From the NCBI GenBank assembly GCA_017535925.1, contig JAFXTD010000028.1, positions 17,229 through 81,228 on the forward strand: 64,000 bases of DNA, in the 5' to 3' direction. This document shows, one piece after another, positions 55,901-64,000 of the stretch. Position 1 is the stretch's first letter; every line of letters starts with the position of its first letter. The notes beneath the pieces were generated by a model that saw only the letters and a program-made list of their open reading frames with translations, made no database searches and was not told the DNA's origin. The stretch is from Selenomonadaceae bacterium. GTDB taxonomy: Bacteria > Bacillota > Negativicutes > Selenomonadales > Selenomonadaceae. The translations under genes and the position numbers were made by a program.

Positions 55901-55905
55901 TTGTC

Positions 55906-57207
55906 ATGAAAAAAATTTTGGCAGCGACTTTGATTATCGGAAGTATGTTTTTCTCATCAATCGGAAACGCGGAAATAAAAACTTACACGGCGACGAGCGA
56001 GGAAGTTGCCGACAAATTCGAAGCTCAAGAGGTCGTCAAACTTCGCGCACGCGACAAGGCGATTAAAATTGCGTTGACGGAGGCGGGCAATTATCTCAAA
56101 AGCAATTCCGAATTGACCGACGATGAAATTTCCGCGATAACCTCCAACAGCTTTGAACTCGTCGGCTTGCCGCAATACAATCGCACGGACAAAAGCTCAA
56201 CTTGGTCGGCGACGGTTGAAATCAAAATCGACGACGCCGAAATTAAAAATTGGCTCAATCGCGACGAAAGAGACAAACATTCGCTGATTAATCAGACCAA
56301 AGACACGCAAAAACTTTTCGCGGCGAACGACCTTAGGCTTGAGGAATTTCGCACGCGCGCAAAAAATTCTTCCAAGCAGGAGCGCAATCAACTCAAGGCG
56401 GCTTTCGGCTACGTCGACAAAGAATTTCTTTCCAATCAAAAAGTTGCTGACGGCAATAAATTTTATTACAAGGGGCGTTTCGACGACGCGATAAAACTTT
56501 ACACGGAGGCTCTTGAGCTCAACGAGGACAATGTCGTCGCCTGCAACCTGCGCGGAAATATTTACGGTCTCTTCGCCATGAATCAGAAAAATATTCCGGT
56601 CGCCGAGAGCAATCGTCGACAGGCACTTGCCGACCTCGACAAAGCACTTCGACTCAATCCGAATTACGCCGACGCTTACGGCAATCGAGGCTTCGTCTAC
56701 TACGGCGCAAAAAATTTTTCGGCGGCGATAAAAGATTTTGACAAGGCGATTCAACTCAATCCGAACGACGCGCAGAATTATACTTATCGCGGGTTTTGCT
56801 ATCGGCAGACGGACGTTGCCAAAGCGGCAGCCGATTTCGACAAGGCGGTTGAACTTTTGCCGAACAATCCGAGCGTTTATTTCAATCGCGGCAATTTTTA
56901 CGAGCACGACGTGAAAGATTTTTCTAAGGCGGTTCAAGATTATTCGCGGGCGATTGACTTGACGACGCGTGAAGATTTGCTTGCCGTGAATTATCAAAAT
57001 CGAGGCGATGCCTATCGCAAGCTGAACATGTTCGGCAAGGCGATTGAGGATTACACGCGGGCTATTGAATTCATGGAAAAGCCGGCGCAAAAAAATCCTC
57101 TGTTGCCTTGGGTCTATCGCAGTCGCGGCGAATGTTATCGTTCACTCGGTGACGGCGCGAACGCTCAAGCAGATTTAAATAAGTTCGCAGAATTGCAACG
57201 CAGATAA
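55906..57207 (+). CDS. secreted TPR-repeat protein
   Basis: Signal peptide; ~130-aa N-domain; then at least 6 TPR units (..AI..Y..AL.L.P..A.AY..RG..Y..). Confidence 0.8.
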   Translation: MKKILAATLIIGSMFFSSIGNAEIKTYTATSEEVADKFEAQEVVKLRARDKAIKIALTEAGNYLKSNSELTDDEISAITSNSFELVGLPQYNRTDKSSTWSATVEIKIDDAEIKNWLNRDERDKHSLINQTKDTQKLFAANDLRLEEFRTRAKNSSKQERNQLKAAFGYVDKEFLSNQKVADGNKFYYKGRFDDAIKLYTEALELNEDNVVACNLRGNIYGLFAMNQKNIPVAESNRRQALADLDKALRLNPNYADAYGNRGFVYYGAKNFSAAIKDFDKAIQLNPNDAQNYTYRGFCYRQTDVAKAAADFDKAVELLPNNPSVYFNRGNFYEHDVKDFSKAVQDYSRAIDLTTREDLLAVNYQNRGDAYRKLNMFGKAIEDYTRAIEFMEKPAQKNPLLPWVYRSRGECYRSLGDGANAQADLNKFAELQRR

Positions 57208-57214
57208 TCAAAAA

Positions 57215-57313
57215 GGAGCCGCTTTGTCAATTGGGAATTGGGAATGGGGAATGGGGAATGGAAAAACAATTACTAATTCCTAATTCCTAATTCCTAATTG
57301 AATTTGCGGCTCC
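57215..57313. terminator. long composite hairpin: GC clamp GGAGCCGC/GCGGCTCC enclosing heptamer arms; probable bidirectional terminator
   Basis: CAATTGG GAATTGG GAATGGG GAATGGG GAATGG - loop - AATTACT AATTCCT x3 AATTG. Followed by T-runs, between convergent genes. Confidence 0.65.
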
Positions 57314-57333
57314 AAAATTTTTTTCGATAAATT

Positions 57334-58272
57334 TTATTCGATTTCAATCAGTTCGTATTGAGGATTGCCCATGCCTTTTTCCGCCATAGCCGAAAGTTGC
57401 CTCAAGCCGTGACGAGTTTCAATGCGCTCCTGCATGTCGTAAGAATCGTGAGCGGCGTAAATCATATCGGCGCAAGCTTGGTCGACGGCGAGGATGTCTG
57501 TCGAAACTGCAATGCCTATATCCTTCATGGTCGGTTCGGCAGCCGTGACGCCCGCGCAATCGCAATCGACACTGATTCGGCGCATGACGTTGAGGAAAAC
57601 AATGTGCTTGCCGAAGTAGTTGCAAGTCGCCTGCGCGCTGTCAGCCATGAGCTCCATGAAATATTCTTTGTCCGGCCATTCAAGATAATTTTCGGGGACG
57701 TTATTCGGGTCGACGCCGTGAACTTGTGCTTTGCCCAAATGCCCGCTCGCGTTGCCGATACCGATGTTTTTCATTGAGCCGCCGAAGCCGCCCATTGCGT
57801 GTCCTTTAAAATGCGTGAGGACAATCAGCGAATCATAATTGACGAGGTGCGCGCCCATTGCAACCTCTTTAAGATGGAAGCCGTTGCGAACGGGAAGGTT
57901 GACAACTTTTTCGTCCTCGTCCATTATGTCGACGGGGCAGAACGTCCAGCCGTTGACTTTCAAAGTTTCGCGGTGTCCTTCGGTCGTAAATCTGTCGCCT
58001 TTGTAAAGCGTGTTGCATTCGACGATAGCCGAGTTGGGAACTTGCGCTTGGAACGCTTGAACCATATCGCGAGGCAAAATGTTCGGTCCGTTTTTTTCGC
58101 CGGTGTGAAGTTTGATTGCAACCTTGCCGAAAATATTTTCGTCAATCATTTTGTAAAGCTTGATTAAATGTTCGGCGTCGATTTTTTTTGTGAAGTAAAC
58201 CTTTGCTGCCGAGCCCTGATACTTTTCGCCGGTCACGTTCTTTGAGCCGACGACGGGAGCTTGTTTAGCCAT
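57334..58272 (-). CDS. DUF362-domain protein
   Basis: 312 aa. VAIKLHTGE...NTLY... pattern recalled from the DUF362 family. Assignment from memory only. Confidence 0.6.
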   Translation of the reverse strand: MAKQAPVVGSKNVTGEKYQGSAAKVYFTKKIDAEHLIKLYKMIDENIFGKVAIKLHTGEKNGPNILPRDMVQAFQAQVPNSAIVECNTLYKGDRFTTEGHRETLKVNGWTFCPVDIMDEDEKVVNLPVRNGFHLKEVAMGAHLVNYDSLIVLTHFKGHAMGGFGGSMKNIGIGNASGHLGKAQVHGVDPNNVPENYLEWPDKEYFMELMADSAQATCNYFGKHIVFLNVMRRISVDCDCAGVTAAEPTMKDIGIAVSTDILAVDQACADMIYAAHDSYDMQERIETRHGLRQLSAMAEKGMGNPQYELIEIE

Positions 58273-58336
58273 AAAATTTCCTCCTCAACCCCGCGCAGGG
58301 GTTTTTTCTTATCATAATCTTTGGAGTTTACTCAAG

Positions 58337-58969
58337 TCAAGCTTTAACGACGCTGATTCTCTGTTGAATGTGTTTGCCGCTTGCGATTTCGTCGACCATT
58401 GCCAAAGCATAATCCGCATAACTTATGACGCTTTCGCTCGCAGAATTCAAAGTAAATTCTTCGCCCGCGAGAATGTATTTGCCGGTTCGTTCGCCGTCGG
58501 GTTGAAAATCTGCCGCAGGACTTACAAACGTCCATTTAACATCGTTGCGCTTGCGAAGTTCGTCGAGTTCATCAGCTTGAGCTTTTGCGGTCGGAAAATA
58601 TTCTGCGGGAAATTCGGGCGTCTTGAAAAGTTGCGTCGTATGTTCCTTATCGACGAAAAGACTGCCCGCACCTCCGACGATTAAAAGTCTGACATTCGTG
58701 CCGCTCAAAAGGTCGCAAAGGTGTTGGCTTGTCGTGGTGTGCAAAGGAAGAGTTTCGGGTGTCCATGCTCCGAATGCGTCGACTACCGCGTCGAAATTTT
58801 CCAAGTCGCTTTTCTTCAAGTCGAAAATATCTTTGACGATAATTTTGTTCGCGCCGTCGACTTCCGCCGCTTTACGAACGAATGCCGTGACCTCGAATCC
58901 GCGAGCCGCTGCCTCTGCAACGACTTTCCGTGCCACTCTGCCTGTTGCTGCCACTACTGCGATTTTCAT
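58337..58969 (-). CDS. NAD(P)H-binding (NmrA/atypical SDR-like) protein
   Basis: MKIAVVAATGRVARKV Rossmann N-terminus. ATGA overlap with the thrB stop. Confidence 0.8.
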   Translation of the reverse strand: MKIAVVAATGRVARKVVAEAAARGFEVTAFVRKAAEVDGANKIIVKDIFDLKKSDLENFDAVVDAFGAWTPETLPLHTTTSQHLCDLLSGTNVRLLIVGGAGSLFVDKEHTTQLFKTPEFPAEYFPTAKAQADELDELRKRNDVKWTFVSPAADFQPDGERTGKYILAGEEFTLNSASESVISYADYALAMVDEIASGKHIQQRISVVKA

Positions 58970-59931
58970 TTTGAAATCCTCCTTAAAACTTGTGCGCCGC
59001 GCTTGTCGAGGTCAAGAATCAAAGCTTTTGAATTGACATCGTGAACTTTGAACGCCTCGACCATTGCGGAGGCGATTTTTTCTTCAAGTTGAGTCCTTGC
59101 GGAGGTGAAAGCTATCAAACACGAACCCGCGCCCGATATTGCCGAACCGAATGCTCCCGCTGCTTTTGCCGCCTCGAAAACTTCCGTCATGCCCGGCACC
59201 AATTTTTTTCTGTACGGTTGATGGAGTGCGTCGTCGAAGGCAAGAGGCAATAAATCTTCGCGCCCCTCGACCAACGCCGCGATTAACATTGACGCTCGGC
59301 TGACGTTGAATATCGCGTCTTTCATTGAAACATTTTTTGGCAAGACCTTTCGCGCCAACTGCGTCGACAATTCGAAATCGGGAACGGCAACGATTAATTT
59401 CAATCTGATTCGCGGCAGGAAAGAAAAAGTTTGAACTTCGCCTCTGTCCATGACGCTGACGGTAAAGCCGCCGAAAATTGCGGGCGCGACGTTATCGGGG
59501 TGACCTTCAAGCTCCGTTGCCAATTTTAAAAGTCCGTGACGATTGAGCGGCGAACCCAAAATTTCATTTGCGGCAGTCAAGCCGGCAACAATCGCCGTCG
59601 AAGAAGAACCGAGCCCGCGCGAAATCGGGACGTTGTTTTTCGTGCGGATAATCGCGCCTTTGAATTCGTCTTCACGCCCGACTTCCTGCAAAAGTCGACG
59701 AACGGCTTGCCAAGTTAAATTTCTTCTGCCGCGAGGAATTTTTTCGGCATCCTCGCCCGTCGACTCAACGATAACTTTGCTGCTCTTTATAAGCGTCAAG
59801 TCGAGGTAATTATAAATTGACGTTGCCAAGCCGAGACAGTCGAAGCCGGGTCCGCAGTTTGCTGAAGTGCCGGGCACTCGAACGCGGGCGCGATTTTTTT
59901 TGTCCGTAAAATTTTTTTCCATAGCGTTCAC
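58966..59931 (-). CDS. thrB: homoserine kinase
   Basis: PGTSANCGPGFDCLGLA and GHMP motif PISRGLGSSSTAIVAG. GTGA overlap with the hom stop. Confidence 0.93.
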   Translation of the reverse strand: MNAMEKNFTDKKNRARVRVPGTSANCGPGFDCLGLATSIYNYLDLTLIKSSKVIVESTGEDAEKIPRGRRNLTWQAVRRLLQEVGREDEFKGAIIRTKNNVPISRGLGSSSTAIVAGLTAANEILGSPLNRHGLLKLATELEGHPDNVAPAIFGGFTVSVMDRGEVQTFSFLPRIRLKLIVAVPDFELSTQLARKVLPKNVSMKDAIFNVSRASMLIAALVEGREDLLPLAFDDALHQPYRKKLVPGMTEVFEAAKAAGAFGSAISGAGSCLIAFTSARTQLEEKIASAMVEAFKVHDVNSKALILDLDKRGAQVLRRISK

Positions 59932-61205
59932 TCAACCCGAATCACATTGAAAATTCCATCGACGACCGACAAAACCTTTAACGCCGCCTGCGCCTCCAAA
60001 ATATTTTTGTGCTTGACCTTGTGAGTTATGACGACGATCTCTACGTGGTCTTTGAGCTCCGTTCTCGTCTGCACGACCGACTTCAAGCTGACATCGACGT
60101 TGCCGAAAGTCGTTGCGATTTTTCCGAGAACACCGGGCTTATCGTCGACGAGCAAGCGAATGTAATAGGAGGAAACGGTTTCTTCGACGGGGCAAATCGT
60201 GCGTTGATGATAGCAAGTGCAACCGAAACGTCCTGCCGAGTTTCGACTAAGCCCGCGAGCAATTTCGATAATGTCACTGACGACAGCGGAGGCAGTTGGC
60301 TTGCCGGCACCCGGTCCGAAGAACATTGCCTCTTCAATCGGCCAGCCGCGAACGAAAACGGCATTGAGTACGCCGTTGACTGCAGCAAGCGGATGCTCTT
60401 TCGGCAAGAGGACGGGATTAACGCGAACGTCGACGCCAAGTTCGGTATCGCGCCCGACGGCAAGAAGTTTCACGACGTAGCCGAGTTCGTTTGCATAATT
60501 AATATCTTCGGGCGTGATATGAGTAATGCCCTCGACTGAAACATCCTCGAAGCGCACGCGGGAATTGAAAGCAATCGAGGCAAGTATGGCGATTTTGCGA
60601 GCAGCGTCTTTGCCCTCAACATCGGCGGCGGGATTTGCCTCCGCGTAACCGTGAGCTTGAGCCTCTTTCAAAACGGTGTCGTAATCTGCTCCGCTGTCAC
60701 TCATCTTCGTGAGCATGTAATTGGTCGTGCCGTTGACAATGCCCAAAACTTCCGTGATTTTGTTTGCTGTCAAGGATCGTTTGAGCGGCATGATAATCGG
60801 AATGGCTCCTCCGACCGCCGCCTCGAAGAGGAAATCGATTTGATGAGCGTCCGCCGCGTCGAAGAGTTCATGACCGAATTGCGCGACGACATCTTTGTTT
60901 GCAGTGACGACGTGTTTGCCGTGAGCCATCGCCTGCAAGATAAAATCTTTCGCGGGTTTGACGCCGCCCATAAGTTCGACGACGATTTTTATTTCGGGGT
61001 CGTTCAAAATTTCGTCGTAATCATTTGTGGCAGGCAAGCCGCGTTCTTGAAGAGCGGGAATCTCTCTCGGCAAGACAAGAATTTTTTTTATGTCAATCGC
61101 GCTGTCTGCTCTTTGCGTGATAATGTCCCGATTGTTTTTCAAAACTTCAATGACGGAGCCGCCGATTGTGCCCGCGCCGAGCAATCCGATTTTTACGCTG
61201 TCCAT
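59928..61205 (-). CDS. hom: homoserine dehydrogenase
   Basis: Real start at MDSVKIGLLGAGTIGGSV (ATG 61205); the 150 upstream codons of the 575-aa ORF are spurious. C-terminal ACT domain. Confidence 0.92.
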   Translation of the reverse strand: MDSVKIGLLGAGTIGGSVIEVLKNNRDIITQRADSAIDIKKILVLPREIPALQERGLPATNDYDEILNDPEIKIVVELMGGVKPAKDFILQAMAHGKHVVTANKDVVAQFGHELFDAADAHQIDFLFEAAVGGAIPIIMPLKRSLTANKITEVLGIVNGTTNYMLTKMSDSGADYDTVLKEAQAHGYAEANPAADVEGKDAARKIAILASIAFNSRVRFEDVSVEGITHITPEDINYANELGYVVKLLAVGRDTELGVDVRVNPVLLPKEHPLAAVNGVLNAVFVRGWPIEEAMFFGPGAGKPTASAVVSDIIEIARGLSRNSAGRFGCTCYHQRTICPVEETVSSYYIRLLVDDKPGVLGKIATTFGNVDVSLKSVVQTRTELKDHVEIVVITHKVKHKNILEAQAALKVLSVVDGIFNVIRVE

Positions 61206-61285
61206 AGTGAATCGTCCTTTCCGAATTTGATTATCAGTCGAATATTCTGCCGCCGAAAAATTTTTCCTGCAACGGGTGCACGGTG

Positions 61286-62633
61286 TCACAGCGAAATAAT
61301 TTTTATCAGCGCGGCGAAGCCCAGACAGATTATCGACAAAAGCCACGTGAAGCCGAAAGAGGCTTTGATATGTTCTTTTATGTCGACTTCGGCAAGCCCG
61401 ACGCCCAACAGTGCGGCAGGAACCATCGGGCTGATGAACGTCGCGCAGTTGCGGCAAATCAGCATGGCGGCGGTTACGCTTTCGGCACTGACGCCAAAAT
61501 TTTCCCCGATACCAATCATGACGGGCAACATGCCGTAAAAATAGCTGTTGGTGTCGAAAATCAAAGCCAGCGGTACACTGAGCGCGCCGATTATAACGGA
61601 CAGATGTTCTCCGAAAATTTCGGGCAAAATCAGCGTGACAAGATTGGACATGCAATTAATTACGCCGGGAATTTTCGCGCCGTCAACCGTCACTTCCTTA
61701 ACAAAGATGCCCATCAAAACTGCCGCAGCCAAAAGTGTCGAACACATCATGAGCGCGGGCGCGGCGTGCGCATTTATGATTTTCTTGTGAGTCTTCGCGT
61801 CGAGTCCGTAATTCGCAATGAGTGCCAACGATAAGCCGACCATGAACGGCACGTAATCGGGAATTTTTGTGACAACCAGCGTGGCGATAACGGCAAGCGT
61901 CAACAGCACATTGAAGATAAAAATTTTTTTGTCGCGTGGAGATTTATCGTCGACTTCGGGCGATTTAAAATTTTGTTCGAGAACGAGACCTGCGCCGAGC
62001 TGTTTTTCTTGAATGCCCGCAAGTACGCCGTGAGCCAAACAGATTATGACGCCGAATATTTGCACGGGCAGAATCATTTGCCAAAGGTCGCCCGCCTCCA
62101 CGCCCAAAACAGTTGCCGCACGCACCGTCGGACCTGCCCACGGCATCAAATTCATTATTCCCATCGGCAAAACCATGACACGCAAAAGTGTCGTCGTGCG
62201 CATGTTCATCTTCCGATAAATCGGCAACATTGCGAAGATAACGATTAGGAATGTCGAGGCGCCGCTGCCGTCCAAGTGCGCGACAATCGTTAAAATCGTC
62301 GTCATCATTGTCACGCCGATAACGCTTGTGCCGATATGCCGCGTCAGCCTGTCAACCATAACGGCGAACATGCCCGCCTCGTTTATCACGCTGAAATAAA
62401 GCACGCTGAACATAAACAGCGCGGCAGTCGGGGCTGTGCTGCCGAATCCCGCCTTGATTAAGTTGCCGAGGTCTGTAATGCTATAGTATCCCCCCCCACG
62501 TCGTCAGAAATATGCCGAGGATTATCGGGAACAAGATAAATGCAACGGCGGGCACGGTTTTACTTTTGAACAACGACAGCATTATTGCCGCCATGCACAA
62601 GAAGCCGCATATGCCGATAAGCGTTTGATTCAT
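61286..62633 (-). pseudogene. CitMHS-family (citrate/divalent cation:H+ symporter-like) transporter interrupted by a frameshift in a G8 tract
   Basis: The ATG at 62633 (behind AAGGAG) opens MNQTLIGICGFLCMAAIM...LTTWGG, then a stop at 62481-62483. The remaining 375+ codons continue in the next frame from the C8 run at 62490-62497. Removing one base gives a ~448-aa ORF. Confidence 0.8.
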
Positions 62634-62704
62634 TGAGCAGCACTCCTTAACTCATAAAAAATAAAAGCCGCCTGACATTGAGCGGCGCGCTTACGAAAAA
62701 ATTT

Positions 62705-63244
62705 TTACGACTGAATCAAATTCAAAAGATTTTTGTAATTATTGGCGACTTTGATAACGTAATGGACGGTCTCCGAATAATTCGGAACGCCACCGTGTTT
62801 TTCGACGGCACCGGGTCCGGCATTGTAAGCGGCAACGGCATCCGTCACGGAATAAACTCCCCAGTCTTTGAAGCGACCGAGTTGGTTCTTGATATAAATC
62901 GTGCCGCCGATAATATTTTCAAGCGGGTTGTGAGGATTGACGCCCAAGCCCGCTGCAGTCGACGGCATGAGTTGCATCAAGCCGATTGCTCCGACGGGGC
63001 TGGTTGCGTGGAAATTAAATTCGCTTTCCGCCTCCATAATCGACGTAATCAAAATCGGGTCGACTTGATATTCGCTGGAAGCGTAGAGAATCGCCCGCGT
63101 TATCCAATCGCATTCAACCTCGTTGCCGTTGTAGCGATTGACCGTTTGATAAATCGCGCTGTAATAATCAGCCGCCTCGCCCTCGCCGCCGAACAGAAAC
63201 ATAACACTCATCAACACGCCTATAAAAATTTTCTTCAATGTCAC
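62705..63244 (-). CDS. secreted lytic transglycosylase (SLT domain)
   Basis: Signal peptide; AESEFNFHATSPVGAIGLMQLMPSTA catalytic-Glu motif. Confidence 0.88.
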   Translation of the reverse strand: MTLKKIFIGVLMSVMFLFGGEGEAADYYSAIYQTVNRYNGNEVECDWITRAILYASSEYQVDPILITSIMEAESEFNFHATSPVGAIGLMQLMPSTAAGLGVNPHNPLENIIGGTIYIKNQLGRFKDWGVYSVTDAVAAYNAGPGAVEKHGGVPNYSETVHYVIKVANNYKNLLNLIQS

Positions 63245-63382
63245 GGTATCAGCTCCCTTTCAAAAAAATTTTTCAGATTATAACACAGAATTGCGCCTCG
63301 CAAAATTTATATCGACAAAAAAATTAAAAACCTCTTCAAAAAGTTCGAAGAGGCTCTTAATTTTCAAAGCTTGAGAAAAAAA

Positions 63383-63745
63383 TTATTCTTCGGTATAAAA
63401 TTTAACTTCATTGCCGAAACGAAGACGCGGAGGGCGAGGACCTTTGACAGCGATTTGACCGGGCATGGTTGCTTCGCCGTTGACGACGATTGTGCAGTGT
63501 CCTTCTTCGCGCAGATTTTTATTTGCGGCGTCACCGACGAAAACCACGTCGAATTCGCTCTTGCCGACTTTGAGTTTGTCGCCGACAGCGATTTCCGCCG
63601 CCAATTCGCCGACGGTGTGCTCGACGACCATGTCTTTCAACGCGGGGCGAATCTTCTCGTTCATCAGAATGAAACTGCTGTTGCTTTCAAGGTAGGTCAC
63701 TGCGTCCTTACCTATGCTCGTCATCTTCACTTCGTATTTAACCAT
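63383..63745 (-). CDS. srlB: PTS glucitol/sorbitol-specific IIA component-like protein
   Basis: Start at MVKYEVKMTSIG (behind GAGGAGG). Collinear with SrlB (…NLREEGHCTIVVNG…PGQIAV.G). Confidence 0.8.
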   Translation of the reverse strand: MVKYEVKMTSIGKDAVTYLESNSSFILMNEKIRPALKDMVVEHTVGELAAEIAVGDKLKVGKSEFDVVFVGDAANKNLREEGHCTIVVNGEATMPGQIAVKGPRPPRLRFGNEVKFYTEE

Positions 63746-63900
63746 ATCAATCAACCTCCTCATTGCACATAATACCACACCTGCCGAAATATTCAAGAAA
63801 AATTTGCAAGGCGGCAAGCGAATTGATTGCGATAAATTTTTTTATGAATTATAATCTGCGCGTGATTCAATGTGCGAAAATTTTAAGGAGGAATATTTTT

Positions 63901-64000
63901 TGAGCGTCAGAAAAAAAATCGTCTTGCTTATGATTTTGACGGCGATTCAATTTCCTTGTGCGAGCCACGCGGCGGAAGAGGATAAAGAACTTTCGCTTAT
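63901..64000 (+). CDS. 5' end of a secreted protein gene (truncated by window edge)
   Basis: TTG start 10 nt after AAGGAGG. LSVRKKIVLLMILTAIQFPCASHA signal-like peptide. Confidence 0.4.

Noticed and set aside
2846-57313. Heptamer arrays considered as CRISPR arrays.
   Set aside because: The units are 7 nt and directly tandem, with no spacers. The arrays are under 100 nt, and no cas genes are present.
5544-61538. Many other long antisense ORFs (5544-6566, 19617-20393, 37580-38818, 43733-44881, 46298-47062, 52429-53478, 56197-57090, 60651-61538).
   Set aside because: In every case the opposite strand encodes a protein with clear family signatures (Ddh, YmdB, Res/cyclase, HtrA, MtlD, PFK, TPR, Hom). 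The antisense frames stay open because of codon usage, not because they code.
61206-61655. 150-codon N-terminal extension of the 575-aa ORF 59928-61655.
   Set aside because: The extension is Arg/Cys-rich nonsense overlapping the 3' end of the transporter gene. Homoserine dehydrogenase starts at MDSVKIGLLGAG (61205) behind an RBS.

Overview
Chromosomal segment of a moderate-GC bacterium with a Firmicutes-like core: rny-x-ymdB-spoVS synteny, ftsZ, ruvB, fmt, efp, rlmH, hom-thrB, mtlA/mtlD, a PPi-type phosphofructokinase, and both ddh and dapL. I can support about 58 protein-coding genes, one tRNA-Ser(GCU) and a type-A RNase P RNA. There are no rRNA genes, CRISPR arrays, integrases or transposases. 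Accessory or unusual content falls into five groups. (1) A type III restriction-modification operon in the order res - cyclase-fold gene - mod, with the extra gene translationally coupled to mod. (2) A flagellin whose variable region carries an HExxH metallopeptidase domain. It is convergent with a 1588-aa acidic RTX-like giant protein that has a long leader. (3) A free-standing GIY-YIG endonuclease with four tandem DNA-binding modules, next to tRNA-Ser. (4) An orphan double-glycine-leader peptide. (5) A CitMHS transporter gene broken in a G8/C8 homopolymer. The most striking signal is in the non-coding DNA, where two dispersed repeat families fill the intergenic space. The first is tandem heptanucleotide arrays (STRR-like), usually folded as hairpins at gene ends; one of them forms helix P12 of RNase P RNA. 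The second is a roughly 220-bp multi-hairpin MITE-like element. Two copies are complete, with 19-bp terminal inverted repeats and 5-6 bp flanking duplications, and at least five more are partial. The two families interpenetrate. All calls come from reading the sequence and from remembered family signatures. No searches were run.
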